64,000 nucleotides of DNA from Epiperipatus broadwayi. Lineage: Eukaryota; Animalia; Onychophora. Below, one piece after another: positions 13,145 through 26,794 of the stretch. Each line of letters starts with the position of its first letter. Positions within the stretch are counted from its first letter, which is position 1. The position numbers and the translations under genes are program-made. The notes below the pieces were generated by a model. That model was not told where the DNA came from. It saw only the letters and a program-made list of their open reading frames with translations, and did no database searches. The stretch spans positions 15,128,001-15,192,000 of the forward strand of contig JAQFVV010000010.1 in assembly GCA_028023455.1 (NCBI GenBank), written 5' to 3'.

Positions 13145-13305
13145 GCACTGTGACTTCTCCTTATATGGAGTCAGGAATCTCTCAGCACCCAGAGAAACCT
13201 GTTAGCCACTTTATTCTAAAAATTTATATTGTGATGTGACTTCTTCTTATATGGAGTCAGGAATCTCTCAGCAAACTATGTCCACAGAAACCTGTTAACC
13301 ACTTT
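13145..13305. repeat. Two tandem copies of the LINE 3' tail seen at about 3960-4015
   Basis: gtgacttctycttatatggagtcaggaatctctcagca...cagaraaacctgttarccactt occurs twice. Confidence 0.7.
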
Positions 13306-14209
13306 ACTTTCCCAACAAATACTCTTTAAAGTATGAAAAAACTGAAATGTTTGCATATGCCTCAAACAGTCTCTTAGAAAATAATTCAGATTGCCAAAAA
13401 AGCTGGCCAGCATAGTAAATAGATGCAATTTTTTATGAAATTCTAATGAAATAAAATGCAAATTAAAGTTAACTTGGAGATATTGTGCCTATTACTTTTT
13501 ATATGATCATAAGTAATGCCAGCACATACATCCGAGTTAAATTTTGATAAAGCAATAGAAATATTAAATGCATATTTTAACCCAAAGTCTCTGATTATAA
13601 TGCTACAGATGTAAATTCAATCTGCACAATCAAGATGCAAAACATTTAATTAGGCATTTAAGTTCCCAGAAGATGGTTTTGGCTTGTGATTTTAAAATGT
13701 TTCTCAATGAAGCACCCAGAGACTGTTTTTGTATGGTATAAAAAATCATAAAATGAGGGTAATACTATTTATGCACCCCAATATAACATTTGATTATCAT
13801 CTCCCAAGCATTCCTCGGAAGAAATACGGCTAAACAATTGGAAATTTTGCTTAAAAAAGAAGTCCAAAATTAAAACACTCAACAAATGCAAGGTCAAAGA
13901 ATAAATGTCGGTTCACTTGTGACTTTAAATAATCATTATGCAAAGGTACAGCCATCAAATTAACAACAACTTTTTACCATTGTGACAGATTTAACATAGT
14001 CACCCATTGTCCATATATAAATACAAGGTTGTTTTTGCCATCATATGAAAATCATTAAAGCTGCCTATCTATTAAAGAAGGAGCAGATATATTCATGTAC
14101 TAAAAAACAAAGCCAACAATTGCCTAACAAAGAATTAAATGTAAAATCTTTTAAAAATCAAATTCCTTTGGAAAAAACTAGCCTATTTTTTAGTTATGGA
14201 GAGCAGAAT

Positions 14210-14278
14210 AACAGGCATAACTCTCAATACATATTGCCACTCAGTGCAAGCCAGAGTAATCAATGGATGTCAGAAGAA
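14210..14278. repeat. Family A partial copy (no ribozyme core)
   Basis: aacaggcataactctc...gccactcagtgcaagccagagtaatcaatggat matches 7500-7555 and 38888-38947. Confidence 0.8.
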
Positions 14279-14999
14279 TAAGTGTATAATAACAAGCAGC
14301 CTCTTGTCACAATAATTAATAGCTTTTACTTTGTATTTCCTAAACTTTAAAGTAAAATTAATGTAAGAACTGGATGAGTTCATTTTAGATTAGGCGACTT
14401 CATTTAAGCTAGATAAATTCATTACACTGAGACTATGAACTAAATTAGCAATTTCTAAAGCAGCAGCAAATAATAGCTACTTCAAAATGAAACATAAAAT
14501 ATTAATATTTAATGTATCAAGAAAAAATATGGATTCCAGTTACTATAATAGAAGTATAATGGATCAAGCCCTCACATATATATATAGAGATGAATTATTT
14601 TTGGCTAATGCTGATCAGAAGCATCCAACAGCAAAATCATTCTAATCATATGCCAAAAATCAACAATCAATACTTCATGCGAGTAGTTGGGATCTAATCC
14701 AGGTTAAAAATTCATCAACAGAAGAAAAAAAAAGCACTAACCAATCCAGAAACAAATGGGGGGCATAAATAATACTAACAGAAATGGTGGAAAATTATTA
14801 GAATATTTATCAATAAACTAGCCTAAATTAACTAGGTCGTATAAAATGAATTTTCTCAGTCCTTAAATAAGTCTTATTTTAAAAATTCGCATTCTGCAAT
14901 AAAATGTTATTGGTTTATTATGATAAACAATAATGAGACTGCTAATTACCATAAATTTATTCTGCAGTCCGTGGTTACAAAATAAAAGGCTAGTTTTTC

Positions 15000-16400
15000 C
15001 GAATTTATTTAATATACGCACATATTACAGTAGCAATAACGTTCAAACGCATTTAAATATGTATTCAGTGTCACTCAATCTATTATAACGTACAAGTGAT
15101 AAAGGGCAGTTGCTACACATACTTAATTACACAAGCGACAAAGATGTGTAAGAGCACAAAACCTTGCACATTAAAAAGAATTAATTACCGCTTTTACTCC
15201 TGAAATATCTTAATATTAATTGACGTCACAAATAATGTAAGATTACATTATATTTTAATAAATACTTAAAATATAACGAATCATTTGTCTAAATTAATAT
15301 CCTGTGAAATACTAATAAATTCCGTTAGGTGGATAGCAATCAAAGACAACCATCAATCGTCATTGTAATGACAGAACAACTTTATAACTATATTAACATT
15401 TATGTAACCAATAACATCTTTAGGTCAAATATCTTTCTCTAGTTTGAAATTATGTATGTGAATATACATATATCATATAATTTAATATACCTTTCGATCC
15501 CATATTTGTTTCAAGTGAACATATATAATTATTCCACTAGAAAATATGATCGACACAGCTAAACATGTTTTAGCGGCAGAAGACATTTTTGTAAAAGCAG
15601 TTTGAAATAAACTTAAGATTAAAAAAATCAGAATGTTTTTGACTAGTCCATACTTTAAACAATTTAGTTATTGAGGTAAGCAGTAATATATTTACAGAAA
15701 ATTTGAAATACGTGAACTACATAACTGGTTTCTACAACACTACTTACAGCCATATTTTAATACCGCATTTACTGAAAAAAGTCGGTGCTTAATAAAGCAA
15801 TATTTAAATAATCTTTTAATATTTAAGTTAATTCAACATTCCTTCCCACCCTCAGTTAAGTGATGAGAATTTTATATAATCATATTTATAATGAATGTTA
15901 AGAATATTATTTACAAATAAACGCTAAACAATATTTATAAAAAGGGAAGTTGATACTGTAACTATGGAAATAAACATATTATGCCTCGGTCAAGCTTAAT
16001 TAAATTCGCGAACTTTTCCAAAATAAAGTGAGTTTTAATCAATAGAAAAATCAAGTTTAAAGTTTTAAACGATTATAAATATTATCTTGGAGGATTGTTT
16101 ACAATTATTAAATGTCACATACTATTATTTCAATAATAACTTTTTAAAACTAACACGCTTTATTATTTCATTCAATTATTTATTCTTGCATTTAACACTA
16201 ATTTTTCTTTAGTAATGTTTATATAAAAAAAAATTATCGTATTCAATACTATTACAATTCAACATACATTAATCTGTTGTTTTTTTTTTAATTAATATAA
16301 TTTTATTAACAAATTTTAACAGTATAGTTTTTATATTCGATCCTTGAACTTTGGACAATCTTGTTTATCCTTCACTGTTTTCTTTATTTCTGAAAATTCC
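15000..16400. promoter_or_regulatory. Putative bidirectional promoter region (PET117 / DZANK1)
   Basis: CpG dinucleotides are visibly retained here compared with the CpG-depleted flanks. The region contains the PET117 ATG and a plus-strand donor GAG|gtaagc at 15676 that could end a non-coding first exon of DZANK1. Confidence 0.45.
15491..15586 (-). CDS. PET117: PET117 cytochrome c oxidase assembly factor, coding exon 1 (MSSAAKTCLAVSIIFSSGIIIYVHLKQIWDRK)
   Basis: ATG at 15586, 32 open codons, phase-0 donor AAG|gtatat at 15490. Hydrophobic N-terminus and VH-KQ-WD motif match human PET117 (MSRSSKVVLGLSVLLTAATVAGVHVKQQWDQQ, recalled). Confidence 0.92.
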
Positions 16401-16623
16401 GTAATCTTTATATATATTGCAATTAATTATTATTTTTAATAAAATGGAAAAAAGGATGTGTCCATTTTTTTCAATATCGATTTTATAAATTAAACTATTA
16501 AAAATAAGAAAGAATCATTTCAGTTTTGATTAGCAAAAAAAAAAAAAAAATGTTTAAAAATTTAATATTATTGTATTCAATAACTGACTGCATTATATTA
16601 AAGATGATTTATATTTAAATATC

Positions 16624-16711
16624 GGTAAAACTGACTTATAGCGGCGTGAACACTTCGCCCTCTATTTTTTTAAAAATAGAAGTGTTCACGCCGCTATAAG
16701 TCAGTTTTACC
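16624..16711. mobile_element. 88-bp MITE with perfect 33-bp TIRs and 8-bp TSD (GG termini; MULE- or Merlin-like)
   Basis: GGTAAAACTGACTTATAGCGGCGTGAACACTTC 16624-16656 and its exact reverse complement 16679-16711; taaatatc at 16616-16623 and 16712-16719. Confidence 0.85.
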
Positions 16712-17084
16712 TAAATATCTATATTTTTGTTGTTGCTTTATTTCAGATAAATTAACATTTTTTAAGTAATTTTAGCTAAGACATTGACTACGACTCCCCA
16801 CCCCCCATCATCATTCAGCACATTAATCCACAGTAAATTAGGTCTTTTTTCCAGAGCAATTCATGTTTTAGGAATTACCCTAATCAAATGGTCCAGAAGC
16901 TTTGAAAACTAAAAGATCCTCTATAAAAAAATATTTTGGGTACCGCTATTTCAATTTTTAGTTTTTAATCAGTAATTAATAATAAAAAAAAGATAAACTA
17001 TCTTTCAAAAAAAAAAAAACACTTTTATTATGAATTGTGTCCTATATATCTTAAAATGTAAGGTTTGTCATTGCAGAAAGGAGA

Positions 17085-17190
17085 CCCTATGATTCCCTTT
17101 TTGAATCCTAAAGGAACTGAGCAGGGCAAATTCTTAATGTTCATTGCATACGTTCTTGTCATTGCAGTTGTTATTACTATAGAGTGGTGA
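17085..17190 (+). repeat. Family C copy lacking the ribozyme
   Basis: Aligns to 21368-21460, then jumps to the gagtggtgag tail seen at about 21618. Confidence 0.6.
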
Positions 17191-17319
17191 GTTAGCAGTG
17201 GGCTCGTGCAAGTCCATTACTAAATTTTTTTAAAATTTGCGAGCCCATTGTTAAAAATTTGATTACGCATTTATAAAAGTTATATTTTTATAAAAATATA
17301 AGAAATCACAGAATATGAT

Positions 17320-18665
17320 CATCATCAACAACCATTATCAATCCACTGCAAAATGAAGGTCTCTCTAGGTTCAGTCCATCTTTTCCTATCTTTAGCTTCT
17401 TTTCTCCACGTCATCCCTGCACACTTTCTTATTTCATCCATCCATCTCATATGTGGTCTCTTTCTGGGTCTTTTACAATCTCTTGGAATCCAGTTTAAGA
17501 TTTCAATTGTCCATCTATTATCATCTCTTCTAGCAATATGTCCAGCACCACTCCACTTCAGTCTTTTAATTTTTTCAATGAGGTCAGTAATACCTGTTTG
17601 TTCTCTTACCCATATATTGTGTTTTCATCTCTTACTCCTAACATGCATCTCTCCATACTTCTTTGAGTGGTCCGAAGTCTCTGTATTGCTCTTCTATTAA
17701 GTGTCCAAGTCTCGGATCCATAAGTAAGAACTGGTAAAACACATTTATTAAAAACCTTCCTTTTCAAACTTATAGGCATATTTCCTTTTAGTATCAAGTT
17801 ATTTCTACCAAAAATACTCCGACCAAGTTTGATGCTATGATTAATTTCATCCATTATGTTTCCATCTATATTAATAATCTGACCAAGGTATTTGTAGCTG
17901 TTAACTTCTTCTAACTCCTCATAATCAATCTTCATTTTCATATTTTGATAAAATCCATTGAACATTATTTTAGTCTTTTTAGCATTTATCTTTAGTCCTA
18001 CTTTCATCTGATAACTCCTGCAACATTTCCTGCAGTTCTAAAGCATTATTTACAAAAACAACTACATCATCTGCAAAATCTAAATAACTTAAATAATCTC
18101 CATTTACTTTCACTCCTTTAACTTCTCATTTTAATTCACAAAATACTTCTTGCAGCACTGCTGTAAAAAGTTTTGAAAATATGGAGTTACCCTGTCTTAC
18201 ACCCTTCTCAGTGTTGACTTTTTTAGTATCATTATGTAATCTAATTGTTGCTGTTGCATTTTTATAAATATTCTTCAAAATATGACAATATCCTAGATCT
18301 ATACCTTGATGATTCAATACTTTAATCACTGAAGAAATGTTTATAGAATCAAATGCCTTTTCATAATCTACAAATCCAAAGCATAATGGCAATTCATATT
18401 CATTTATCCTTTCTATAATTTCTCTCAATACCCAGATATGATCTATTGTACTAAAACCACTTTTAAATCCAGCTTGTTCTCTTGGTTGGTGGAAATCCAA
18501 TGTTCTCTGTAGACAAATTGTAATTATCTTGGTAAAAATTTTATATAAAACTGACAAAAGACTGATAGGTCTGTAATTTCTAATATCTTCTTTATCACCT
18601 TTTTTAAATATTAATTTTAAAACTGCATTCTTCCAATCATCTGGTACATCTTTATTAGTATTAAT
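17320..18665 (-). mobile_element. 5'-truncated RTE LINE (RT domain and 3' tail)
   Basis: ORFs 18557-18126 (QPREQAGF, VDYEKAFDS, KGVRQG) and 18007-17606 (LKIN..KTK, YKYLG, LTYGSETW); FADD-like motif near 18070; (TGA)n-type tail near 17320. Confidence 0.92.
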
Positions 18666-21367
18666 GATACTATATACTATATAATGATTTAGTATTAAGT
18701 TATTTTAAAGAGTGTTGCTTTGTCCTTTATTATGAGAAGTGTATTTTTACAATGAATATTTATATGTTAATGATAGATGATGTATATTTCTTGTCCTTTT
18801 AATTGCTTAAGGCTACATTTATTCAGTCATATTTGACAATTATATTATTACTTTATTGGTTTTATGCATTAATTTAGTATTCTGTTTACTGAGAGTTTAG
18901 AATTAATTCTTCTTTTGTATATGTGATTATGTGTTATCTGAACATTGTACATTTCCAATGTATGCAAATTTTATTTCCTCCTTGATGATTTGAAGATGGA
19001 ACTTGGCTCTCTCATTGTTGCAATGGAATAATTTACATATTTTATAAGAAAATACAGGATCACGGTCTCTGGGTATCATTGACATTTTCCTTGAGTGATA
19101 TTTTTCTCATATTTTATGTTTGTATTTGTGGTGGTTCATTTCCTCTTTTGTTATATATGTCTACAGACAAGCATCCTAACATATTTTCTTGCCCTCAGAA
19201 AGTAATGTATTTTTGAGTTCATATCATCACTAGGTTTATTGTATTATTTAGCTTTTCCTCTTGGAAGTATCTTCTTTATTAAGTATTTACCACCATGTAT
19301 GGGGTCATTGATATTTTAGTATGTTGGTCATTGGTAGGTTTGTTATTCTGAAGTGTATCATTCTTTCTTCAGGAGCACTTTTAATCCTAAGTGTAGGTTG
19401 AGAGTTTTGATGTATAAATCTGTTTTGCTACGCTTTTCCAACACTACATGAGATAAAGCTGATAATGATTTATTCAAAATTATCAATTTATATTCTTTAG
19501 TCTAAATAAGAAATGCACATCATCATCATCCAGAAGCAAATCATCACTGGATTGATAAGATCTAAATATCATTCAGGTTTACTCATTGTTGGGACAATAA
19601 CATAGAGTATACATGTGTATATGTATAACCTCTGAGAATAATTTAAAGATTTAGTACAACTTCAGTAATCAAAGACCATAGAATTGATAAGTAATGCAAA
19701 TTAGTAAAAGCTATAGATTATAAAATTATATAAATGTTTTAGGACATATATTTTATGCAGGAAGATATAAAGCTTGTACCATATTGTCTATAATATAATA
19801 AAGTTCTATTACTTTGATATAAAAAATGTAATAGTGATAATAAGTATTTACTTGAAGGATAAAATTTCTTGTAATAATCTTACTTCTAAGATGTACTTGT
19901 CAACCTAAGATGATCATAGATTGTGGATATTTAATTTATCTATTTAATTTGTTAATTTTAGATAAATTTAAATTGTAAAAATATTCTCCTGTAAGCAACT
20001 GCATTGGATTATTGTAATAGACTTCTATAATGTTCATGTTTATAAAATTTGTTTATTGTAGAATAAATGTTATTTTTATTGTTAAGTCTTGTGTAGTGTT
20101 TCTATAATGTCTAGGTATTCACCAATCAACATTCAGATATCTAAACATTGTGTAATTTATAATGCAAATATTTTCATGCTATTTATTCTAAGTATAATCA
20201 CATAAATAGAAATATTAAACTATGAAGAATGCATTTGAAATAAAATATTCATTTTATTCTATTGATCACTAATTTAAAGTTGTAATTATAAATTTATTAA
20301 ACGCACATTGATTACGTAAGTAATATTTACTATCGCATTCTATTGATCACTGTAATTTAAAACTGCAATTTATTTAAATAAGACTGCTTTTATGGTCAAT
20401 CATTGTCTGTTTTAATTTAATAAAATTTATTTATGTTGTTTTTGAATATTTTGAGTGTCCATAAAATCCTTTTCCACTGATATTTGAATGCTCTCCTAGA
20501 AGATGATTGTATTATTCCAAATTTACTGTTTTATGCATTTTTGTTTTAATGAAAATATTTTATTAAAATTTTCTATTATTATTAGATAGTAGGTAGATAT
20601 TAACTTGTAAATTAAGTATATGTCTTCTCATGTTTATCATTAGAATATCATTCATTTTATTAACAACATGTCCATAAAGCAAAATATTGAGAAACTTTTA
20701 ACATTAAAATATACGAACCCTGAGATCATAATATCATAGTTCTATAAAATAAGAACTTATATTTATTGTCAAAGTAAAGCAAAGTGTCATAAACAAATCA
20801 ATAAGATTTATGAAAGATGATTATTTATTAAAACGTGTATCAGATAATGGCAATAAGATGATAAAGAGGGAGTTGGAGGTATAAGACTATATTGGAGAGG
20901 GATAATGAAAGAAATTTTATTATAAGTAAAGAAAGTATTGCAAGAGTGAGTTGAGATTTCTTCTCCTCTTAAAATATTATTTAGTTATACTTTATAATGT
21001 TTAGTGATTATCATTATTGTTACTATTGCAGTTATCTTTATTCTTAGCATAAATTATGGTAGCAAAGAACTCCGAGCTTAACTTGATTCACCATAATACA
21101 CATTGATCCCTGCTTACCTCTGCAGTTTACAGGGTACAATAAATAAGAAAAAGATGTTTTTTCTTTTTATATATAAACATTCAGAATGATTAATATTAGT
21201 GATGTTGGAATAAAACTATTAAAGACTTTCATAAGTTTTTATTTAGATTAAAAATATATATAATCAAATGTCTAATTTCCCATTACTAAGTGAAGTGTAA
21301 ATATGATATGCTTACTATTACATATGACTTCAGAAATAAATTTGTTGTTAACTGAAAGAAGAAATGT

Positions 21368-21660
21368 TATGATTCCTTTTTGAGACATTAAAGGAACTAA
21401 GCTGAGCAAATTCCTGATATCCACTTCATACATTCTTGTTATTGCAGCCGGATTACTATATAATTATTCACATAGTATACATCTGAGCACTTATTGCATA
21501 TATGTGTAGAGATGATAATCTGGACCAACTGATGATTGCTGGTTTAGCATGAAATACGTATATTGGTGATTATTTATCTTTTCGACATATATGTGTTCAA
21601 GGGTATCAGTTAGATAGAGTGGTGAGTCATGTGAAAGTCTGTGCTCATATACCCTATTAT
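21368..21660 (+). repeat. Family C HHR-bearing element (PLE pseudo-LTR-like)
   Basis: Homologous to 27781-28081 and 31990-32305. The 5' part reads roughly KGTKLSKF*YPL, resembling a PLE GIY-YIG C-terminus. Confidence 0.8.
21510..21579 (+). ncRNA. Type I hammerhead ribozyme (family C, best-folding copy)
   Basis: Stem I AGAUGAUAAUC-ugg-ACCAA / UUGGU-GAUUAU-u-UAUCU; CUGAUGA 21529-21535; stem II UGCU-gguuu-AGCA (U.U at 10.1/11.1); GAAA 21551-21554; palindromic stem III AUACGUAU; AUA site 21560-21562. Confidence 0.8.
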
Positions 21661-21879
21661 GACCAACATGTATCAAACACAAAGTGAGTTTATTTTTATT
21701 CCTGAGTTTGAAATCAAGAAATATGATTCCTTCTCAGTTGTCTAATAGTTCTTAACTGAAATATTAGTTGAGGTTTTTTTTAAGGGAGAATGCATATATG
21801 TGTGAATGACAATTTTTAATAGATCATAACCAACTAAAATAAATTATGTTCCTTATCCCTAAGAGGCTGTAAAGTCACC

Positions 21880-24695
21880 AGATAAAGTAATGGTTGACAG
21901 CTGAAAGTGTAAGGGGTTAAGAATGATTGCGAACCCAGGTTGCCATTTATTTACGACTTTTTATTTAAGCACATATAACTGTAGATTATTTTCACATGAA
22001 GGAAGATTACACAGATTGAAAGAACTGTCTAATATTAAATGGGACATTTGTTGGACTTTGTGGATTTATAAGAAAAGATGAAGAGACAATTGATGTAAAA
22101 AGTGGACATGTATTTTACTACAATGACACAAATATTGGAAGCACAAGTGGAGTGGGATTCATTACATATAAAAAAGTGAAATATTAACATTGTAGAAATT
22201 GGTGATATATCAGATAGAGTGGCAAGAGTTATTCTTCAACTTAATGGAAGATATCAAATGCATATAATTCAGGGTTGTGCTGTAACAAGTTCTCATTGTG
22301 ATGAAGAAATATGAATGTACAAAGGTTTTTGATCAGATCAAGCAGCATTTTAAAATTGTCATTAGAGATTTTATTGCTAGAATTGGTAAATGATTAAAAG
22401 ATGAAAGTGCTAAATTTCATTATGGTAATAAACATGAGGGAGGACATAGATTTGTGTAATTTGTGAAAAAAGAAAAATTATATATTATGAATTTTTGTTT
22501 GAAAAAAGTAGATTTGGAAGCATCCAAAAGAACGTAGGTACAGCAGAATTGGATTACATTTTGTTTAACAGAAAATATATGTTTTAAGGTTGTAATGTTC
22601 TTAGTAAATTCACAAGTAAAATGATATTGATTAGTGAAAGGTAAAGTATGTGTTAATGTGAAATGTGACAAAAATTGATTAAAGAAAATAGTATTCAAAG
22701 TTGATATTCCCAATTTTTAGAAACATTCTAATGAATTTAAATTATAATTAGCAATCATTTTAAAATATTAACAATTTTTGAAGATGGTTCAGATTTGAAA
22801 GAAATTAATGGGAATATATCTGATACACTATTAAGAACTGCAACAATGATAACTGGAGCAAACAAACACCAATTTACCAGTAAATTTTTTACGGAGACAA
22901 GACAATGTATTAAGAAAAGAAGGGTGAGAATTTATGAAATGATTGATTCAGAAGAATTGAATATTCAGAGTTTTGTATAATAGTGCAAAAAAGAATTATT
23001 AATGATATAAGAAAACATTTGTGAATTAGAAAGAAAAGCTATAGAGGAGAATAAATGTCTCAAAAGTGTAAACATCATCTTGGTATTAATAGAAAACATT
23101 TCTGCAATAAGAAGAAAAAATGGAACTATTTCTAAAAAGAGATATGACATATAAAATGTATGGAAAAGTTCTGTAAAGAATTATATATCAGTGAAGAATG
23201 AGAAAACAAAGTATCTCTATAATTACTATATCTTCTGAATTGTCCAGCGTACTAAATAAGGAGAACATGTAATTAAGTTTATAAAAAATAGAAAAGCTTC
23301 AGATAATGATGGAAATATATTCAATAACTTAAAATTAGCAGGTGAAGAAATAGAAAAACTGTTGGCAAAGATATGTATTGTATTTTTAAATGATAAAGAT
23401 GTATTGGAAGAATGCAGTAGTAATATTAATGTTTTAAAAAGTTGATAATGAAAGATATTAGAAATTATAGGCCTATTAATCTTTTATCGGTTCTATACCA
23501 ACACAATTTGTCTACAGAGAGCTTTGGATATTACCCAACCAAAAGAACAAGCTGGATTAAAAATGTTTTTAGCATAGTGGATCACATTCAAATATTAAGA
23601 GAAGTTATAGAAAAGACCAATGAATATGATTTGCCATTATGCTTTGGATTTGTAAATTACAAAAAGGCTCTTAATTCTATTTCTATAATGATTAAAGAAT
23701 TGGATCATCAAGATATAGACTCAGGATATTATCATATTCTGAAGAATATTTATCAAAATGCAACAGCAGTGATAAGATTACATAATTTATACTACCAAGA
23801 TTAACATCGAGAAGGTTGCAAGTTAGAGTGATTTCGTATCTCCTAAACTTTTTACAGCAGTTCTTGTGGACTAATATAGGATGTTATGGGAATAAATTAT
23901 ATGGAGATTATTTAAGTCATCCAGATTTTGCAGATGATGTGGTTGTTTTTATAGATAATCTTTCAGAACGTCAGGAAATGCTGTAAGAGTTATCAGCTGA
24001 AAGTAAAAATAACTAGAATGCAAGATAAATCCTGAAAAGACCAAAATAATATAATGTTCAATGAATTTTATCAAATGAAGAAAATAAAGATTGACAGCAA
24101 TGAATTAGAAGAACAAGTACAAATACCTAGATCAGATTACTACAGATGGAAACATAATGGATGAAATTTATCTTAGAATTAAACTTGGGTGAAATGCTTT
24201 TGGTAGAAATTAACTTAATATTAAAAGGAAATATCCCTATGTGTTTGAAAAGAAAGGTTTTTAATAAATATATTTTCCAATACTTAGTTATGTATCTGAA
24301 ACTTGAACACTTAACAGAAGAAGAATACGGACTTTAGATTATTCAAAATAATATGGAGAGATGTATGCCAGGACTAAAAAGAAGGAATCAAAAACAAATA
24401 CATGGGTGAGAGAATAAACAGTTATTATTGACCTCATTGAAAAAAGTGAAAGATTGAAGTGGATCTGGGTTGAACATATTGCTAGAAGAGATGATAATAG
24501 ATGGACAGTTAAAACCTTAAACTGGTTGTCAAGAGATTATAAAGTCCTAAAAAAAGATCATATGTGAGATGGGTGGATGAAATAAAAAAGTTTGCTGGTG
24601 TGATATAGAGAAGAGAGTCTGGAGATCAGAGAAAATTAATCTTGGAGAGACTATCCTGCAGCGTATTGATAATGGTTGAAAGTGATGATGATGAC
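21880..24695 (+). mobile_element. Decayed near-full ORF2 RTE LINE
   Basis: Endonuclease-like region about 21930-22700; RT motifs NYRPINLLSVLY and LCFGFVNYKKAL (ORF 23442); FADD near 23930; gatgatgatgac tail at 24680. Confidence 0.85.
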
Positions 24696-26382
24696 AACTA
24701 CTCACACATTATATCTAATTAATGGTGATCACTAATTACATCTTATCATTTTATAACTGTTTGTATTATTCATTTTTGACTTAAAGAATAGAAATCCCAA
24801 TAACAAATAATATCTTAAATTTTCATAACTATCAATTGAACAATAATATCTTAAAGTGGGAAAATCCATATCTATTTAGGTATTTATTTCATTACTGTTA
24901 GTATTTTTTCTTTTTATTATTATCATAAATAATGTCCAATCCAAATGGTAAAGAAATTTGTAAATAATTGTTTTGTGTTTTTTTGTTATATCTTTCTTAT
25001 TCCTGATTTTAAGTTAGACATATAAGGTGGTAATCAAAAGTAACCATAATTTTATAATAAAATATGTATTTTGTTCTAAATGTTATAAATTTAACTTCTT
25101 TTAATTATTGTCTATTTGATGCAGAACACCAGTATAAACATGTTTTTCATTTTTCAAAGTAGTCTGGAAACACTTGGAAAGTGGTGCCATTTTAATGCCT
25201 GAGGCATTTTCACCACCACTTCTAAGTCTGCTCAAAAAAATTTAGATATTTTTTCATTTGAGAGATTAAAAAATATATCTGATAGATAAGCTGGGTCGTG
25301 CTGAATTTAATTTTAAAATGTTTCACACTCAAAGTTTTGAGAGAGACACTTTGTCAGGGTGAAGCTTGCATTATTTTCTTTACCACAAAACAGGTTTACA
25401 TTTTACCACATCACAAGTGTTTCAGACCTTTCAGATAAAATGTTTGACCTTTACAAACTAAATCTGAGAGAAAAATGTCATTTGTGTCAAAAAAAATCCG
25501 CACTTTGTTTTGACTTTGGACTTTACTTGCGATGCTTTTTAGGGATGTGAATTGAACAATTTAATTAAAGCATTTTTCAATGCAGACCAATGGATATATG
25601 AATAGGTAAAATATTGACAATGGCAAACCCTGGCCAATACATGATAGTGTTAAGAATCCAATAGCTTCTATTATGAAAGGGCATATGGCTATGAATAGGC
25701 AGACCATTTGGAAGCAAAGAGAGAAAACAATTAACTAACTGTCAGAACTGAACAGCATTATGCATGTTGTTTATAATACTGTTAAAGCAGTGAGACAGGT
25801 TTATGTTAAACTGGAAATGGTTATATAGTAATCCTGACACAAGGTAAGCTCTCTTAGTATGTCTGGAAGAGTTATGATACCTACAGACAAGTCAAGCTGC
25901 CATGGCATCTGAAGTCCCTTGCTTCAACAGTTGCATAGTAAATAGACACTATATCTTACCAATATGACAGTCATATGTTATTACGTAAAATATATGTAAA
26001 TATATATGAAGTAAGCTTTAATATTAACTACTGAATGTATTTGAAAAAATTAAATAAAGATTGAATTCTTCTAAAGATATTCGTGATGGGAATAGTCTAG
26101 CATATAATTTCTATAAATATATAATAATTAGTTTGCTCATTATTAAATAATGTTTTGGTCATTAAATGTGTCAAAATAATCTTACAATTTTTTATAAATA
26201 TTTTTATGAGTTCATTACTAATAAACTCTTTTCAAATTATTTTATGTCTATGATTTACTCATGAACTTTAAGGGAGCTTTTCTTTGGATTATTTTTCAAT
26301 TCTAATTATTTTCAACTTTTAATAGAAATAAATGTCATCAATGTTTTTATAATATGTAATTACTGTGATATTAAAATTATAT

Positions 26383-26460
26383 ACAAGCAATCCTCGACTT
26401 TCATACATTCTACTTTCATACAATTCACTATTTTGTACGAAGGGCAATAGAAAAGGTACA
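26383..26460. mobile_element. Tigger/pogo-like terminal fragment
   Basis: TACAAGCAATCCTCGACTT resembles Tigger-type TIRs; partner end not found. Confidence 0.35.
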
Positions 26461-26699
26461 GTGTGTTGTGAAACTTTTTATCAAGAAAAGAAAAGGAAGA
26501 GTACAATTTAATTATCTCTTGATAAATTTATAAAGAAAACACCAGATACTAATCAGTAAAGTGTTAATTATATATATGCTAAGAAACCTCATTAAAAAAT
26601 AAATATTTTAAAAACACTTTTTGATGTTTTTTTATATTGCACTATTTTTGTTCATTTCAACTTTTGTACACATTTCAGGAGCCAATTAGGTAAGAAAGT

Positions 26700-26794
26700 G
26701 TCAAGTGTTGGTGGCTGAGTAGTCAGCACAGCTGCCTTACAAGCAGTTGTCCTGGGTTTGCTTCCCGGCCGATGCTTTGACACATGAAAAGAAA
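26700..26794 (+). mobile_element. tRNA-Val(TAC)-derived SINE
   Basis: A-box-like TGGTGGCTGAGTAGTC, anticodon arm CTGCC-TTACA-AGCAG, B-box-like GGTTTGCTTCCC, A-rich tail; 16-bp TSD aattaggta(a/c)gaaagt (26684-26699, 26795-26810). Confidence 0.8.
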
